Below are positions 8,877 to 18,337 of a stretch of 46,592 nucleotides of DNA, in pieces; position 1 is the stretch's first letter; each line of letters begins with the position of its first letter. This DNA is from Opitutia bacterium UBA3151 (GTDB taxonomy: Bacteria > Verrucomicrobiota > Verrucomicrobiia > Opitutales > Seribacteraceae), in NCBI GenBank assembly GCA_002364975.1, contig DEYT01000031.1, forward strand, positions 1-46,592, written 5' to 3'. The notes below the pieces were generated by a model. The model was not told the origin of the DNA. It did no database searches and was given only the letters and a program-made list of their open reading frames with translations. Position numbers and translations under genes: made by a program.

Positions 8877-11800
8877 ATGTCGAACAAGGATAAGGATTTT
8901 GTGCATTTGCATGTTCATTCGGACTTTAGTCTGTTGGATGGATGTTGCCGAATGGATCGCTTGATGGAACGAGCGGTAGAGTTGGGAATGTCTGCAATGG
9001 CTCTAACCGACCACGGTAATTTATTTGGAACCGTTTCCTTTATTAAGCAGGCGGAAAAGCATGGGATTAAGCCTATCATCGGATGTGAAGGGTATCTGGT
9101 TACGGACCATAAGAATGATGAAAAACCGGGCCGCGAGAATCATAAATCTTACCACTTGGGATTATTGGCAAAGAATTTTGAAGGCTACCGCAACCTTTCC
9201 AAAGTGGTTTCCGATGCCCACGTTGATGGTTTTTACTATCGACCTAGAACTGACTTGGAGACTCTAGCCGAACATGCAGATGGTTTGATCGGCTTTACAG
9301 GATGTATGCAAGGATGGATTCCTCAAAAGATTTTACATGGCAAAGACGGGGAAGCAGAGGAGGCGATGGGGCAAATGGTCGATATCTTTGGCAAAGAGAA
9401 TTACTTTGTTGAATTGCATAACCACGGTATTGAAGAGCAAGCTCAGTTGGTACCTGAGCTTTTAAAATTGGCTAGAAAATTCGATCTCAAAGTAATTGCT
9501 TCCAATGATGTCCACTATGTAAAAGGTGAGGACTGGGCCCCTCACGACGCACTGCTTTGCATCCAGACGGGGTCCAAGCTAGATGACCCCAAAAGGATGC
9601 GATATGACGCCCGGGAGTTTTATCTTAAGTCAAGGGAGGAAATGGAGGAACTTTTCAAAGAAGCACCCGAGGCCATCACCAATACCTTTGCAGTTGCCGA
9701 AATGTGTGATGTTAAACTTCCATTTGGAGAAAATAACTATCCAGTTTTTACCCTGCCACCGGAAATTTCGAGTGAGGTCGAAGATAATGGTTCTTACTTG
9801 CTTTCTCAATGTAAGGAGGGGATGAAAAGCCACTACGGTCTTGATTATCTGCCACCCGAAGTTCGGAAAGAAGATGCCGAAGACAAAATTCGAGAATTAA
9901 GTGAGCGTTTGGACTATGAATTGGGAGTTATTGCAAAAACTGGATTTAATGACTATTTCTTGATTGTCGCTGATTTCATGCTTTGGGCCCGGGAGCAAGG
10001 AATACCGGTAGGTCCAGGTCGTGGATCGGGTGCAGGTTGTTTGGTCGCATACCTTCTTGGGATAACCGATATTGATCCTTTGAGATTCGGTCTCTTATTT
10101 GAAAGGTTTTTAAATCCTGAAAGAGTATCGCCTCCTGATTTCGACATTGATTTCTGTATGCGCCGAAGGAGCGAAGTTATTGAATATGTTCGTGAGAAAT
10201 ACGGTCGAGATTGTGTAGCCAACATTATAACCTTTGGAACCTTTGGTGCAAAAATGGTAATGCGTGATGTGGCTAGGGTTCGTGACCTGCCCTATGCAGA
10301 AGCTGATAAGTTGGCTAAGATGGTGCCTGATGACCTTAATATTTCTCTGGATGAGGCACTGGAAAAAAGCCATGAATTTAGAGAAGAATATGAAAAAAAT
10401 CCGATTGCCACCCAGATTGTGGATACAGGGAGGGTGATCGAAGGGATGGTTCGGAATGTGGGCACGCACGCTGCGGGTGTAATTATTGCAGACCGGCCCC
10501 TTAAGGAACTTGTGCCTCTTACCACGCAGGATGGAGTTCTTACCACTCAGTTTCCAAAGGATCCAGTTGAAGACCTAGGACTTTTGAAGATGGATTTTCT
10601 TGGTCTGAAGACCCTTACGGTAATCGCTGAAGCGGAAAGCCATATCCGCAAAAAGAAAGGTTTTGAAGAATTTCGCGTCACACAAGCACAACTGGAAGAT
10701 GAAAAGACCTTTCACCTGCTCAATGAGGCTCGAACCATAGGAGTTTTTCAATTGGAATCTGATGGTATGCGCCGTCTTTGTCGTCAGATGAAGATTTCAA
10801 ATATTGACGAAATCATTGCCTTGATTGCACTTTACCGTCCTGGTCCAATGGATTGGATTCCGGATTATATCAAAGGGAAAGAAGACCCATCCACCATCAA
10901 ATTCCCCCATCCATTACTCGAGGACATATGTTCGGAAACTTATGGGGTTATGGTGTATCAGGAGCAAGTAATGGAAGCGGCCCGGTTAATTGCTGGTTAC
11001 ACCCTTGGTAGGGCGGATATTTTGCGCCGGGCCATGGGCAAAAAAAAGCCCGAGGAAATGGCCAAGCAAAGAGAAATCTTTGTCAAGGGAGCGAAAGAGA
11101 CGAACAAGATCGAGGCAAAGAAGGCAAATGACATCTTTAACATCTTGGAGAAATTTGCTGGTTATGGATTCAATAAATCTCATTCTGCAGCTTACGGAAT
11201 AATTAGTTACCAAACTGCTTTCCTAAAAGCGAATCATCCAGTCGACTTTATGGCTGGGGTCTTGGCTTGTGATCTTGGAAACTCAGATAAGCTCTCTCAT
11301 TTTATCGGCGAATGTTCGGAAATGGGAATCTCGGTGCTTGGTCCTGATGTCAACGAGTCCGGTGAAAACTTTACCCCTTTGGTATCCAAAGGCGAAGGGG
11401 TTGGGTCGATTCGTTTTGGACTGGCTGCGATTAAAGGAGTCGGGGATATCGCCGGAAAAATCATTGTGGAGGAGCGGGAGCAAGCCGGTGCATTTGAAAG
11501 CTTTACCGACCTGGTTGAAAGAGTGGATGGAAAAGCGGTGAACAAAAGAGTTTTGGAATGCTTAATCAAGTCGGGAGGCTTTGATGCATTGGAAGGGAAT
11601 CGAGCCGCTTTGCTAGCGGACTTGGATCGGGCGATGGGCGAGGCTCAGCTGAGAAGGAAGGATCGCGAGGCCGGTCAGGTCAACCTGTTTGACATGATGG
11701 GCACCGACAAGGATCCGTCTAATTCAGGAACAAACAACAACTTTTCTCCGGGTAATAATCTTCCGAAAGTAGATGAGATGGATGAGTTGGAGAAATTAAA

Positions 11801-12470
11801 GCTTGAAAAGCAACTTTTAGGGTTCTTTTTAACCGGGCATCCGGTAGATACGCTTGGCGGGCTTGGTCCTTTGTTGGATACAATAAAAGGGGAAGATCTT
11901 GAAAACCTAGAAGGAAAAAGATCCTTTCGTCTTTGTGGAGTACTGGGAGATTTGGAAAGAAGGTACACCAAGAAAGATGCAAAACCTTGGGCGCGTTTTA
12001 CCTTGATGACCAAAGAGAAAGATTTTTCTCTCCCCATGTTTACCGAAGCTTATGAAAAATTTGGGCCAAAGTTGGAAGAAGGCGATATTATGGTAATCGA
12101 GGGAGTTGCTTCCCATCGAAATGGCGAAACTCGAATAACGGCAAACTCTGCGTTACCTGTGGATGCCGCGTTGAATGACTTAATCGAGGAGATTACTTGG
12201 CTACTTGATCCGGAATCAAAAGACATTGTTTCCTTTTTGGAAGAAATCTTCGTCCTTTCAGATAAGGGCTTGGGGAAAACTTTGATTCGTCTTGGATTTT
12301 CGAAAGAAAATGAAGATACTGGGTTGGTTGCTGAAGTGGATGACCGTTTTACAATGCGAATCACTTCTGAAACTTTTCAGAGGTGGAGAGCAAAAGCACC
12401 AGTTAGAGCCGCGAGGATTAAGATCAAACCACCAGATCCTCCCCAAGAGAGAACCCATTCTCAAAAATGA
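8877..12470 (+). CDS. dnaE: DNA polymerase III alpha subunit
   Basis: [18 protein letters not shown] start, [33 protein letters not shown]-terminal OB fold; 1197 aa. Confidence 0.99.
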   Translation: MSNKDKDFVHLHVHSDFSLLDGCCRMDRLMERAVELGMSAMALTDHGNLFGTVSFIKQAEKHGIKPIIGCEGYLVTDHKNDEKPGRENHKSYHLGLLAKNFEGYRNLSKVVSDAHVDGFYYRPRTDLETLAEHADGLIGFTGCMQGWIPQKILHGKDGEAEEAMGQMVDIFGKENYFVELHNHGIEEQAQLVPELLKLARKFDLKVIASNDVHYVKGEDWAPHDALLCIQTGSKLDDPKRMRYDAREFYLKSREEMEELFKEAPEAITNTFAVAEMCDVKLPFGENNYPVFTLPPEISSEVEDNGSYLLSQCKEGMKSHYGLDYLPPEVRKEDAEDKIRELSERLDYELGVIAKTGFNDYFLIVADFMLWAREQGIPVGPGRGSGAGCLVAYLLGITDIDPLRFGLLFERFLNPERVSPPDFDIDFCMRRRSEVIEYVREKYGRDCVANIITFGTFGAKMVMRDVARVRDLPYAEADKLAKMVPDDLNISLDEALEKSHEFREEYEKNPIATQIVDTGRVIEGMVRNVGTHAAGVIIADRPLKELVPLTTQDGVLTTQFPKDPVEDLGLLKMDFLGLKTLTVIAEAESHIRKKKGFEEFRVTQAQLEDEKTFHLLNEARTIGVFQLESDGMRRLCRQMKISNIDEIIALIALYRPGPMDWIPDYIKGKEDPSTIKFPHPLLEDICSETYGVMVYQEQVMEAARLIAGYTLGRADILRRAMGKKKPEEMAKQREIFVKGAKETNKIEAKKANDIFNILEKFAGYGFNKSHSAAYGIISYQTAFLKANHPVDFMAGVLACDLGNSDKLSHFIGECSEMGISVLGPDVNESGENFTPLVSKGEGVGSIRFGLAAIKGVGDIAGKIIVEEREQAGAFESFTDLVERVDGKAVNKRVLECLIKSGGFDALEGNRAALLADLDRAMGEAQLRRKDREAGQVNLFDMMGTDKDPSNSGTNNNFSPGNNLPKVDEMDELEKLKLEKQLLGFFLTGHPVDTLGGLGPLLDTIKGEDLENLEGKRSFRLCGVLGDLERRYTKKDAKPWARFTLMTKEKDFSLPMFTEAYEKFGPKLEEGDIMVIEGVASHRNGETRITANSALPVDAALNDLIEEITWLLDPESKDIVSFLEEIFVLSDKGLGKTLIRLGFSKENEDTGLVAEVDDRFTMRITSETFQRWRAKAPVRAARIKIKPPDPPQERTHSQK

Positions 12471-12495
12471 GAAATTTCTTTGTGATTCTTCCTAC

Positions 12496-12523
12496 TTGAC
12501 CAGATTCGCAACTTTGATAGGTT
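12496..12523 (+). promoter_or_regulatory. Sigma70-like promoter of rpsU
   Basis: TTGACC (12496-12501), 16-nt spacer, extended -10 TGnTAGGTT ending at 12523, 12 nt before the ATG. Confidence 0.5.
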
Positions 12524-12535
12524 GTAATTTTTCCT

Positions 12536-12736
12536 ATGACAATTGAAATTAAACTTCGTAAAGGCGAACCCATGGATCGTGCCATTCGGCGCTTGAAGAA
12601 GCGCTTGGACAGAGAAGGTGTTATTCGTGATGTTAGGGCAAAAAGATATTTTGAGAAGCCCTCTGATAAGAAGCGTAAAGCACGAAAAGTTGCTGCCTTT
12701 ACTCAAATGCTACGAACTAGATACGAGAAAATGTAG
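12536..12736 (+). CDS. rpsU: 30S ribosomal protein S21
   Basis: 66 aa; GEPMDRAIRRLKK...RYFEKPS.K.R bS21 signature. Confidence 0.97.
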   Translation: MTIEIKLRKGEPMDRAIRRLKKRLDREGVIRDVRAKRYFEKPSDKKRKARKVAAFTQMLRTRYEKM

Positions 12737-12808
12737 TCCCCTTTATCGCAATTTGCGGTTGGATTTTTTCTCGTAAGTTCTCAAATTATAGCATTAACTA
12801 ATTGGAGA

Positions 12809-14767
12809 ATGTCCCAATTAGCCAAACGCCACACCCTAAGCTTACGTCAGCAATGGAGGGTGTTTGATAAACAAAATTCATCACCAAAAGCTTACCTAGA
12901 TCTTTGTGGCAGGATGATTCAAGTAGGGGAGTTTCTTTTGGCTCACGATGTGGCTAAAGAAGGCTTAGAAAAGCATAAGAATGACTGGTCCCTTTCCCAA
13001 AAAGCGGCTCATGCTCTTTGCAAGGCAGGCTCTCCGATGATGGCCACAAAAATTTTAGAGGAACTTGTGACCTCAGGGGTACGAGATGTTGAGACTCAAA
13101 GTCTTTTGGCCAGTGCCTATAAAGATCTTTGTGAGTATTCCATTAATCCGGAGAACAAAAGTCACTACGCAGAGCTCGCAATTTTCCGTTACAAAGAGGC
13201 ATTTGTTGCTCAGCTTGAGGAAGCGGAAAGTGGAGTTGATAACTTAGATAGCCAATATTATCCATGTATCAATGTGGCTTTTATGCATTTTGTTTCTCAT
13301 AACATTCGGAAAGCTCATAAATACGCAAATTTTGCCCGGGAAATTTGTCGGACTCTGAGAGAAAGAGGGGATGCTTCTTATTGGGTTCTGGCAACGGAAG
13401 CGGAGGCAAGTTTGTTACTTGGTGAAATTGATGAAGCGGTACTAACCTACACTGGAGCCGTAAATCTTGAAGAGGCTAAACCCTCTCATATTGCCAGTAC
13501 CAGGAAGCAAGCTCTTCAAATTTCTTCCCTTTATACAGATTCGTCTATTCGGGATAAAATTGCCGCTGCTTTTCCAGTGCTGGGAATTGTGGCTTGCTCC
13601 GGTCATGTGATTGACAATTCAGGTGCCAATCGTCGATTTCCCCCTGAAGCCGAAAAAATCGCAAAGCAGAGAATCGAAGAATCCTTGGAGAGGATAGGGG
13701 CAAATTGCGGTTACAGCTCTGCTGCTTGCGGCACTGACATTTTATTTCTTGAGACTATGATTGAGAGGGGAGGGGAAACGCATATTTTCCTTCCATTTGC
13801 AAAGGATGAGTTCATTGAGACAAGTGTTAGGAGAGCTGGTGGTGACTGGGTTACAAGGTTGGAGAATGTATTGGATCACGCGACCTCGGTTCACTATGTA
13901 ACCCATGAGGGATATTATGGGGACGATTCTCTTTTTTCATTTTGTAATCAGGTGATGATTGGTTTCGCTGCGATGCGTGGAAGAGGCTTGGATGAAGACC
14001 CTCAACTTCTGGTTTTCTGGGATGGTAAACCCGGATCTGTTGGAGGTACTGGAGAACTAGTGGACTCGTGGAAGTCCGTTTTTAATGAACCTGTCATTAT
14101 AGATGCCAATGAGGTTTTGACCGATTTACCGGGGTTGAAAGCAGCAAGGGTTGTGGATGCTTCATTAGAAAGTGAAATGTATCATGATGGATTTGGTGAT
14201 GATTTGAAACCATCCCGTTCCGTGAAAACAATGATTTTTGCTGATGTTGCTGGCTTTAGTGAAATTACGGAGGATTTAACCAGTCAATTTGTGGGTGCGT
14301 TTCATGGAGGCGTTGCCCAAATGATCGATAAACTTCCCAACCAGCCTTCTTTTGTTAATACTTGGGGAGATAGTTTTTTTGCCGTTTTTGAAGATTTGGA
14401 AAGTGCATTGAAATTAGTGCTTGGAATGAGGGACTATTTTACGGATGGAAAATGGTCCGAATGGTTGCCCAATGGAAATATGGATGTGCGAATTTCAATG
14501 CATGCAGGTCCGGCATATGAAGAATTTGATCCGATTCTTAAGCGAAGAAACTTTTTTGGTAGTCATGTTAATCAAGCTGCTCGGATTGAGCCCATTGTTT
14601 TTCCAGGTTCCGTTTTCGTTTCTGAAACAGTTGCGGCTTTGATTTCTTTTGGATATGAAGAATATGATTTTGAATATGCTGGGAACATTGATTTAGCCAA
14701 AAAATATGGAACTTATCCAGTTTACATTCTACAACGGAAAGGATATTCGGATAAATTAATTTCATAG
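12809..14767 (+). CDS. TPR (TPR-S/DUF4071-like) + SLOG-like + class III adenylate/guanylate-type cyclase
   Basis: Helical N-terminus with ETQSLLASAYKD, YYPCINVA and YWVLATEAEA; middle domain SGHVID...SSAACGTDILF...LPF...FWDGKPGSVGGTG (SLOG-like); C-terminus FADVAGFS, WGDSF, RISMHAGP, FGSHVNQAARIE; GGAG RBS. Confidence 0.85.
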   Translation: MSQLAKRHTLSLRQQWRVFDKQNSSPKAYLDLCGRMIQVGEFLLAHDVAKEGLEKHKNDWSLSQKAAHALCKAGSPMMATKILEELVTSGVRDVETQSLLASAYKDLCEYSINPENKSHYAELAIFRYKEAFVAQLEEAESGVDNLDSQYYPCINVAFMHFVSHNIRKAHKYANFAREICRTLRERGDASYWVLATEAEASLLLGEIDEAVLTYTGAVNLEEAKPSHIASTRKQALQISSLYTDSSIRDKIAAAFPVLGIVACSGHVIDNSGANRRFPPEAEKIAKQRIEESLERIGANCGYSSAACGTDILFLETMIERGGETHIFLPFAKDEFIETSVRRAGGDWVTRLENVLDHATSVHYVTHEGYYGDDSLFSFCNQVMIGFAAMRGRGLDEDPQLLVFWDGKPGSVGGTGELVDSWKSVFNEPVIIDANEVLTDLPGLKAARVVDASLESEMYHDGFGDDLKPSRSVKTMIFADVAGFSEITEDLTSQFVGAFHGGVAQMIDKLPNQPSFVNTWGDSFFAVFEDLESALKLVLGMRDYFTDGKWSEWLPNGNMDVRISMHAGPAYEEFDPILKRRNFFGSHVNQAARIEPIVFPGSVFVSETVAALISFGYEEYDFEYAGNIDLAKKYGTYPVYILQRKGYSDKLIS

Positions 14768-14776
14768 GGCGATGTT

Positions 14777-16258
14777 ATGAAGCTATCACATTCCATGCAA
14801 AGCACAGCGGATATTCCTCCACCTTTTGAATCTTATTCAGGGGATGGACCCTACTCTTTTATTAGCTATGCTCACGCCGATAAGGTAAAAGTGTACAAAA
14901 CCATTCGGGGTTTCAGGGAAAAAGGGATTAATATTTGGTACGACGAAGGGATTCCCCCAGCTGGTGAATGGGTGGATGAACTTGCCCAAGCTATCAAGAA
15001 ATCTTCCTCCTTCGTCGTTTTTGTATCCCCTCGCTCGGCTGATTCCAGATATGTTCGAATGGAAGTGCAATATGCCCTAAGCGAGAATAAAGAAATTCTT
15101 ACAATTTTTCTTGAAGATACTCAACTTCCGCCCGGTCTTTCTTTGTGCCTTCAACAGTTTCAGTCCATATCCATCAAAGAGAATTATTGGGCAGAAAATG
15201 CTTGTAAAGCCTTGCTGATAAGGCAGGATTCCTACGAGTTTAATCCCCCGAAACAAAAACAACAGGAGAACGCTGTTGATGAAGAAGAAATTGATTACGC
15301 TATTCAATTGTGGTCTTCATGGAGTAAAGCCCTGGATGCTCAAAACCGGAGGTTTGAAAAGAGGCACAACCTTAAGCCAAACCCTAAATACCGAATTCCA
15401 GAAACTGTTTTTGAACCCGTAGCTCCACCTCATCCAGAGTTAATAAAAACCGCACCACCGTCACCAACCGAGGACAAATCCAATAAAACGAGACACCCCT
15501 TTGCTCTGGATGTCACGATTACAAAGCAATCGAAAAAGGAAATAGTTGAACCACAAAAGCCACACTTAAATGATTATGCTGGTACCTTTAAGTGGATACC
15601 GCCCGGGAAAATTACGATTTTGGTCCCTTACACTGATGAAAAAAGGCTCGTTCATGTAAGGGATGGCTTTTGGCTTGGTGAATATGTAGTTACCCAGTCT
15701 ACATATACAAAGATTATGGGTGCGAACCCCAGTTTTTCTGAATTAAGATTGGGTGAAGATTCCGACAATTATCCCGTAAATAATATCTCTTGGCTGGACG
15801 CAGTTTCCTTCTGTCGTGCTCTTACCATGCTTGCGAATAATGAGGGCACATTGCCCGCAAAGCATGAGTACCGTCTCCCCACTGAAGTAGAGTGGGAATA
15901 TGCATGCCGAGCTGGTTCCTTAACTGATTATTATTTTGGAGACGATCCAAGCGAACTTCACAAACACGGTTGGTTTCGCGGGAATAGCCGTAAGCAAATG
16001 CATCCGGTTGGTTTGAAATTCGCAAATGACTGGGGACTATTTGATCTTTACGGAAATGTTCGGGAATGGGTGGGTAATTCGTTTGTAAATACTCTTCTTA
16101 ATGACAGCGAACAAGATGAGTTTAGAATTAGTAGGGGGGGTGCTTACATGAAACCCGCAGTTGAGTGCAAGTCATCCTCTCGATCCACAAACTCCTTGCA
16201 TCACCGATTCCGCAACCTTGGCTTCCGGGTCGCCCTGGCACCGTCTCCAACCTTATAA
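14777..16258 (+). CDS. TIR domain + Pro-rich linker + FGE-sulfatase (SUMF1/C-lectin fold) domain protein
   Basis: FISYAHAD, IWYDEGI, VVFVSPRSADSRYVRMEVQYA (TIR with Glu96); YRLPTEVEWEYACRAG, GLFDLYGNVREW, RGG, LGFRVAL (FGE fold); starts 9 nt after the cyclase stop. Confidence 0.88.
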   Translation: MKLSHSMQSTADIPPPFESYSGDGPYSFISYAHADKVKVYKTIRGFREKGINIWYDEGIPPAGEWVDELAQAIKKSSSFVVFVSPRSADSRYVRMEVQYALSENKEILTIFLEDTQLPPGLSLCLQQFQSISIKENYWAENACKALLIRQDSYEFNPPKQKQQENAVDEEEIDYAIQLWSSWSKALDAQNRRFEKRHNLKPNPKYRIPETVFEPVAPPHPELIKTAPPSPTEDKSNKTRHPFALDVTITKQSKKEIVEPQKPHLNDYAGTFKWIPPGKITILVPYTDEKRLVHVRDGFWLGEYVVTQSTYTKIMGANPSFSELRLGEDSDNYPVNNISWLDAVSFCRALTMLANNEGTLPAKHEYRLPTEVEWEYACRAGSLTDYYFGDDPSELHKHGWFRGNSRKQMHPVGLKFANDWGLFDLYGNVREWVGNSFVNTLLNDSEQDEFRISRGGAYMKPAVECKSSSRSTNSLHHRFRNLGFRVALAPSPTL

Positions 16259-16336
16259 CAAATTTAAGATTCTTACCTGCCAGTTAGGCTTTTCCCATTG
16301 TCTTCACTGACAAAAAAATACATATTTTTGTGTTTT

Positions 16337-17824
16337 ATGAACAAAGAGTCGACAGCCCCACAACAGCCAAGCCAGAATTTGGACGGTAGTGATCAAGTTG
16401 CGGTCCGCCAAGACAAGTTACTTCGCATGCGTGAGGAGGGGTTAGACCCTTTTCTTACAAATTGGGATCAAGCCCATGTTTCAACCGAAGCGATCGGCTT
16501 GTTGCCTGAGGACGAGGAACAAGGTCCGGAAGTCTCCGTGGCTGGAAGAATTGTTGCTTTTCGACTGATGGGAAAAGCATCCTTTCTAAAAATTTTGGAC
16601 CGCTCTGGCAAAATTCAATCTTATGTTAGAAGAGATGAGATCGGTGAAGACCAATACGCGTCATTCAAGAAATTAGACCTGGGTGACTTTATTGGAATTC
16701 GTGGCCCCCTTTTCCGAACCAAGACGGGGGAGGTCACCATTCGGGCCAAAGAATACAAGTTAGTATCCAAGGCCCTTCGACCTTTACCAGAGAAGTGGCA
16801 TGGTCTAACCGATAACGAGCAAATCTATCGACAACGATATCTTGATTTGATTGTAAATGATGATTCCCGGAATCGTTTTCGTGGAAGAAGCCAAATCATC
16901 CGAGAGATTCGGGAGTTTTTTTGGAGTCGGGATTTCTTGGAGGTTGAAACTCCGATGCTTCAAGCGGTTTCAGGTGGAGCTGCAGCCCGTCCATTCCGTA
17001 CCCATTTTAATGCTTTGGATTGTGATTTTTCGATGCGGATTGCATTGGAACTTCATCTCAAGCGTCTTTTAGTTGGTGGTTTCGATCGGGTATTTGAAGT
17101 CGGTCGAGTTTTTAGAAACGAGGGCCTTTCCAGACGACATAATCCTGAATTCACCATGCTCGAAGCCTATCAAGCTTATTCAGACTACCGTGGGATGATG
17201 GAATTAACCCAGTCCTTAATCCAGCATGTTGCAGATAAAGCCATAGGTTCTTTAACCATCGAGAGAACAGAAGGGGAACCTATTGAACTTGCAGGTCAAT
17301 GGAGAGAAGCAAAATATAAAGACCTCATTATTGATGCGGTTGGGCAGGAAGATTGGTTTAATTTAGAAAAGAATGAGAAGTTAAAAAAGTGCAAAGAAAT
17401 GGGGATCGAGGTAGATCCAGAATTGGAAGATTTTGAAGTTACAAATGATGTTTTTGAAAAAGTGATTGAGCACACTTTGATACAGCCCACTTTTGTCACC
17501 CATATTCCTCGTGAGCTTTGCCCCCTTGCTAAAATTACGGAATCAGACCCCTCGACCCTCGATGTGTTTGAACTTTGCATTAACGGCCAAGAAATTGCAC
17601 CTGCTTATTCCGAGCAGAATGATCCTGATGTCCAACGGGAAGCGTTTATGATTCAGTCCGGTGAGGAAACGCAAGAACTGGATGAAGATTTTCTGACTGC
17701 ACTTGAACACGGTATGCCACCGGCTGGGGGGATGGGTATGGGCATTGATCGACTGGTAATTTTTCTAACCAATGCCGCAAACATTAGAGATACCATTCTA
17801 TTTCCTACTCTCCGTCCATCTTAG
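16337..17824 (+). CDS. lysS: Lysine--tRNA ligase (class II)
   Basis: YRQRYLDLI, GGAAARPF, FRNEG...HNPEFTMLE, GMPPAGGMGMGIDRL; ATG 16337 preferred over TTG 16298. Confidence 0.98.
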   Translation: MNKESTAPQQPSQNLDGSDQVAVRQDKLLRMREEGLDPFLTNWDQAHVSTEAIGLLPEDEEQGPEVSVAGRIVAFRLMGKASFLKILDRSGKIQSYVRRDEIGEDQYASFKKLDLGDFIGIRGPLFRTKTGEVTIRAKEYKLVSKALRPLPEKWHGLTDNEQIYRQRYLDLIVNDDSRNRFRGRSQIIREIREFFWSRDFLEVETPMLQAVSGGAAARPFRTHFNALDCDFSMRIALELHLKRLLVGGFDRVFEVGRVFRNEGLSRRHNPEFTMLEAYQAYSDYRGMMELTQSLIQHVADKAIGSLTIERTEGEPIELAGQWREAKYKDLIIDAVGQEDWFNLEKNEKLKKCKEMGIEVDPELEDFEVTNDVFEKVIEHTLIQPTFVTHIPRELCPLAKITESDPSTLDVFELCINGQEIAPAYSEQNDPDVQREAFMIQSGEETQELDEDFLTALEHGMPPAGGMGMGIDRLVIFLTNAANIRDTILFPTLRPS

Positions 17825-17865
17825 TTGCAAAGATTATTAGAATTTCAACACATTCTTAAAAGCTT

Positions 17866-18336
17866 GTGGGTAAGACCAAGAGGAAAGATTTTATCGTAAT
17901 CAAGCCGATCTGGTGGAGGCAACTTGGCTTTACTTTGTTTTTATTTATTTGTTCCATTTACTTCGCATTTATGGACTTTTTAGGACCTGTAGCCGGTTGG
18001 ATTATTACGGTTTTGGCACTGTTAATTTCGATCCTTAATTTTGCGGACCAATTGCTTACCTGGTCGAGGTTAAGAATCGACCGAGATGGTTTTGACTTGA
18101 GAACTTGGTGGGGAAGAAAAAAAGTACCTCATCAAAATATTGAGAGTTTTGAATGGGAAGAATATATGAACCGCAAGCTGATCATGGTGAGGTTGAGGAG
18201 CCGTGTCGGGGATGAGCAAGCTGGCAAGGAAATTCCTTTTCCCTGTGCCTTTGGCCGACCGGTTGATGAAGTCATCAAAGTTTTGAGAGATGGACTGGAC
18301 AAGACCCCAAGGCAATCCCTCAATCAAAAAGAATGA
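17866..18336 (+). CDS. Membrane protein, two TM helices followed by a bacterial PH-like domain
   Basis: Two hydrophobic helices, then LRIDRDGFDLRTWWGRKKVP..I, typical of bPH domains. Confidence 0.6.
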   Translation: MGKTKRKDFIVIKPIWWRQLGFTLFLFICSIYFAFMDFLGPVAGWIITVLALLISILNFADQLLTWSRLRIDRDGFDLRTWWGRKKVPHQNIESFEWEEYMNRKLIMVRLRSRVGDEQAGKEIPFPCAFGRPVDEVIKVLRDGLDKTPRQSLNQKE

Positions 18337-18337
18337 G

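Noticed and set aside
12745-12770. Intrinsic terminator after rpsU
   Set aside because: The stem ATCGCA/TGCGGT is short with a 3-nt loop and the U-tract is offset; too weak to call
16100-16258. DGR variable region at the end of the FGE-fold gene
   Set aside because: No reverse transcriptase and no template repeat seen in this window; it remains possible only in trans
12809-16258. Calling the pair Pycsar or Thoeris
   Set aside because: The TIR lacks a cNMP-binding domain, the cyclase lacks Pycsar architecture, and no SIR2 or Macro effector is present
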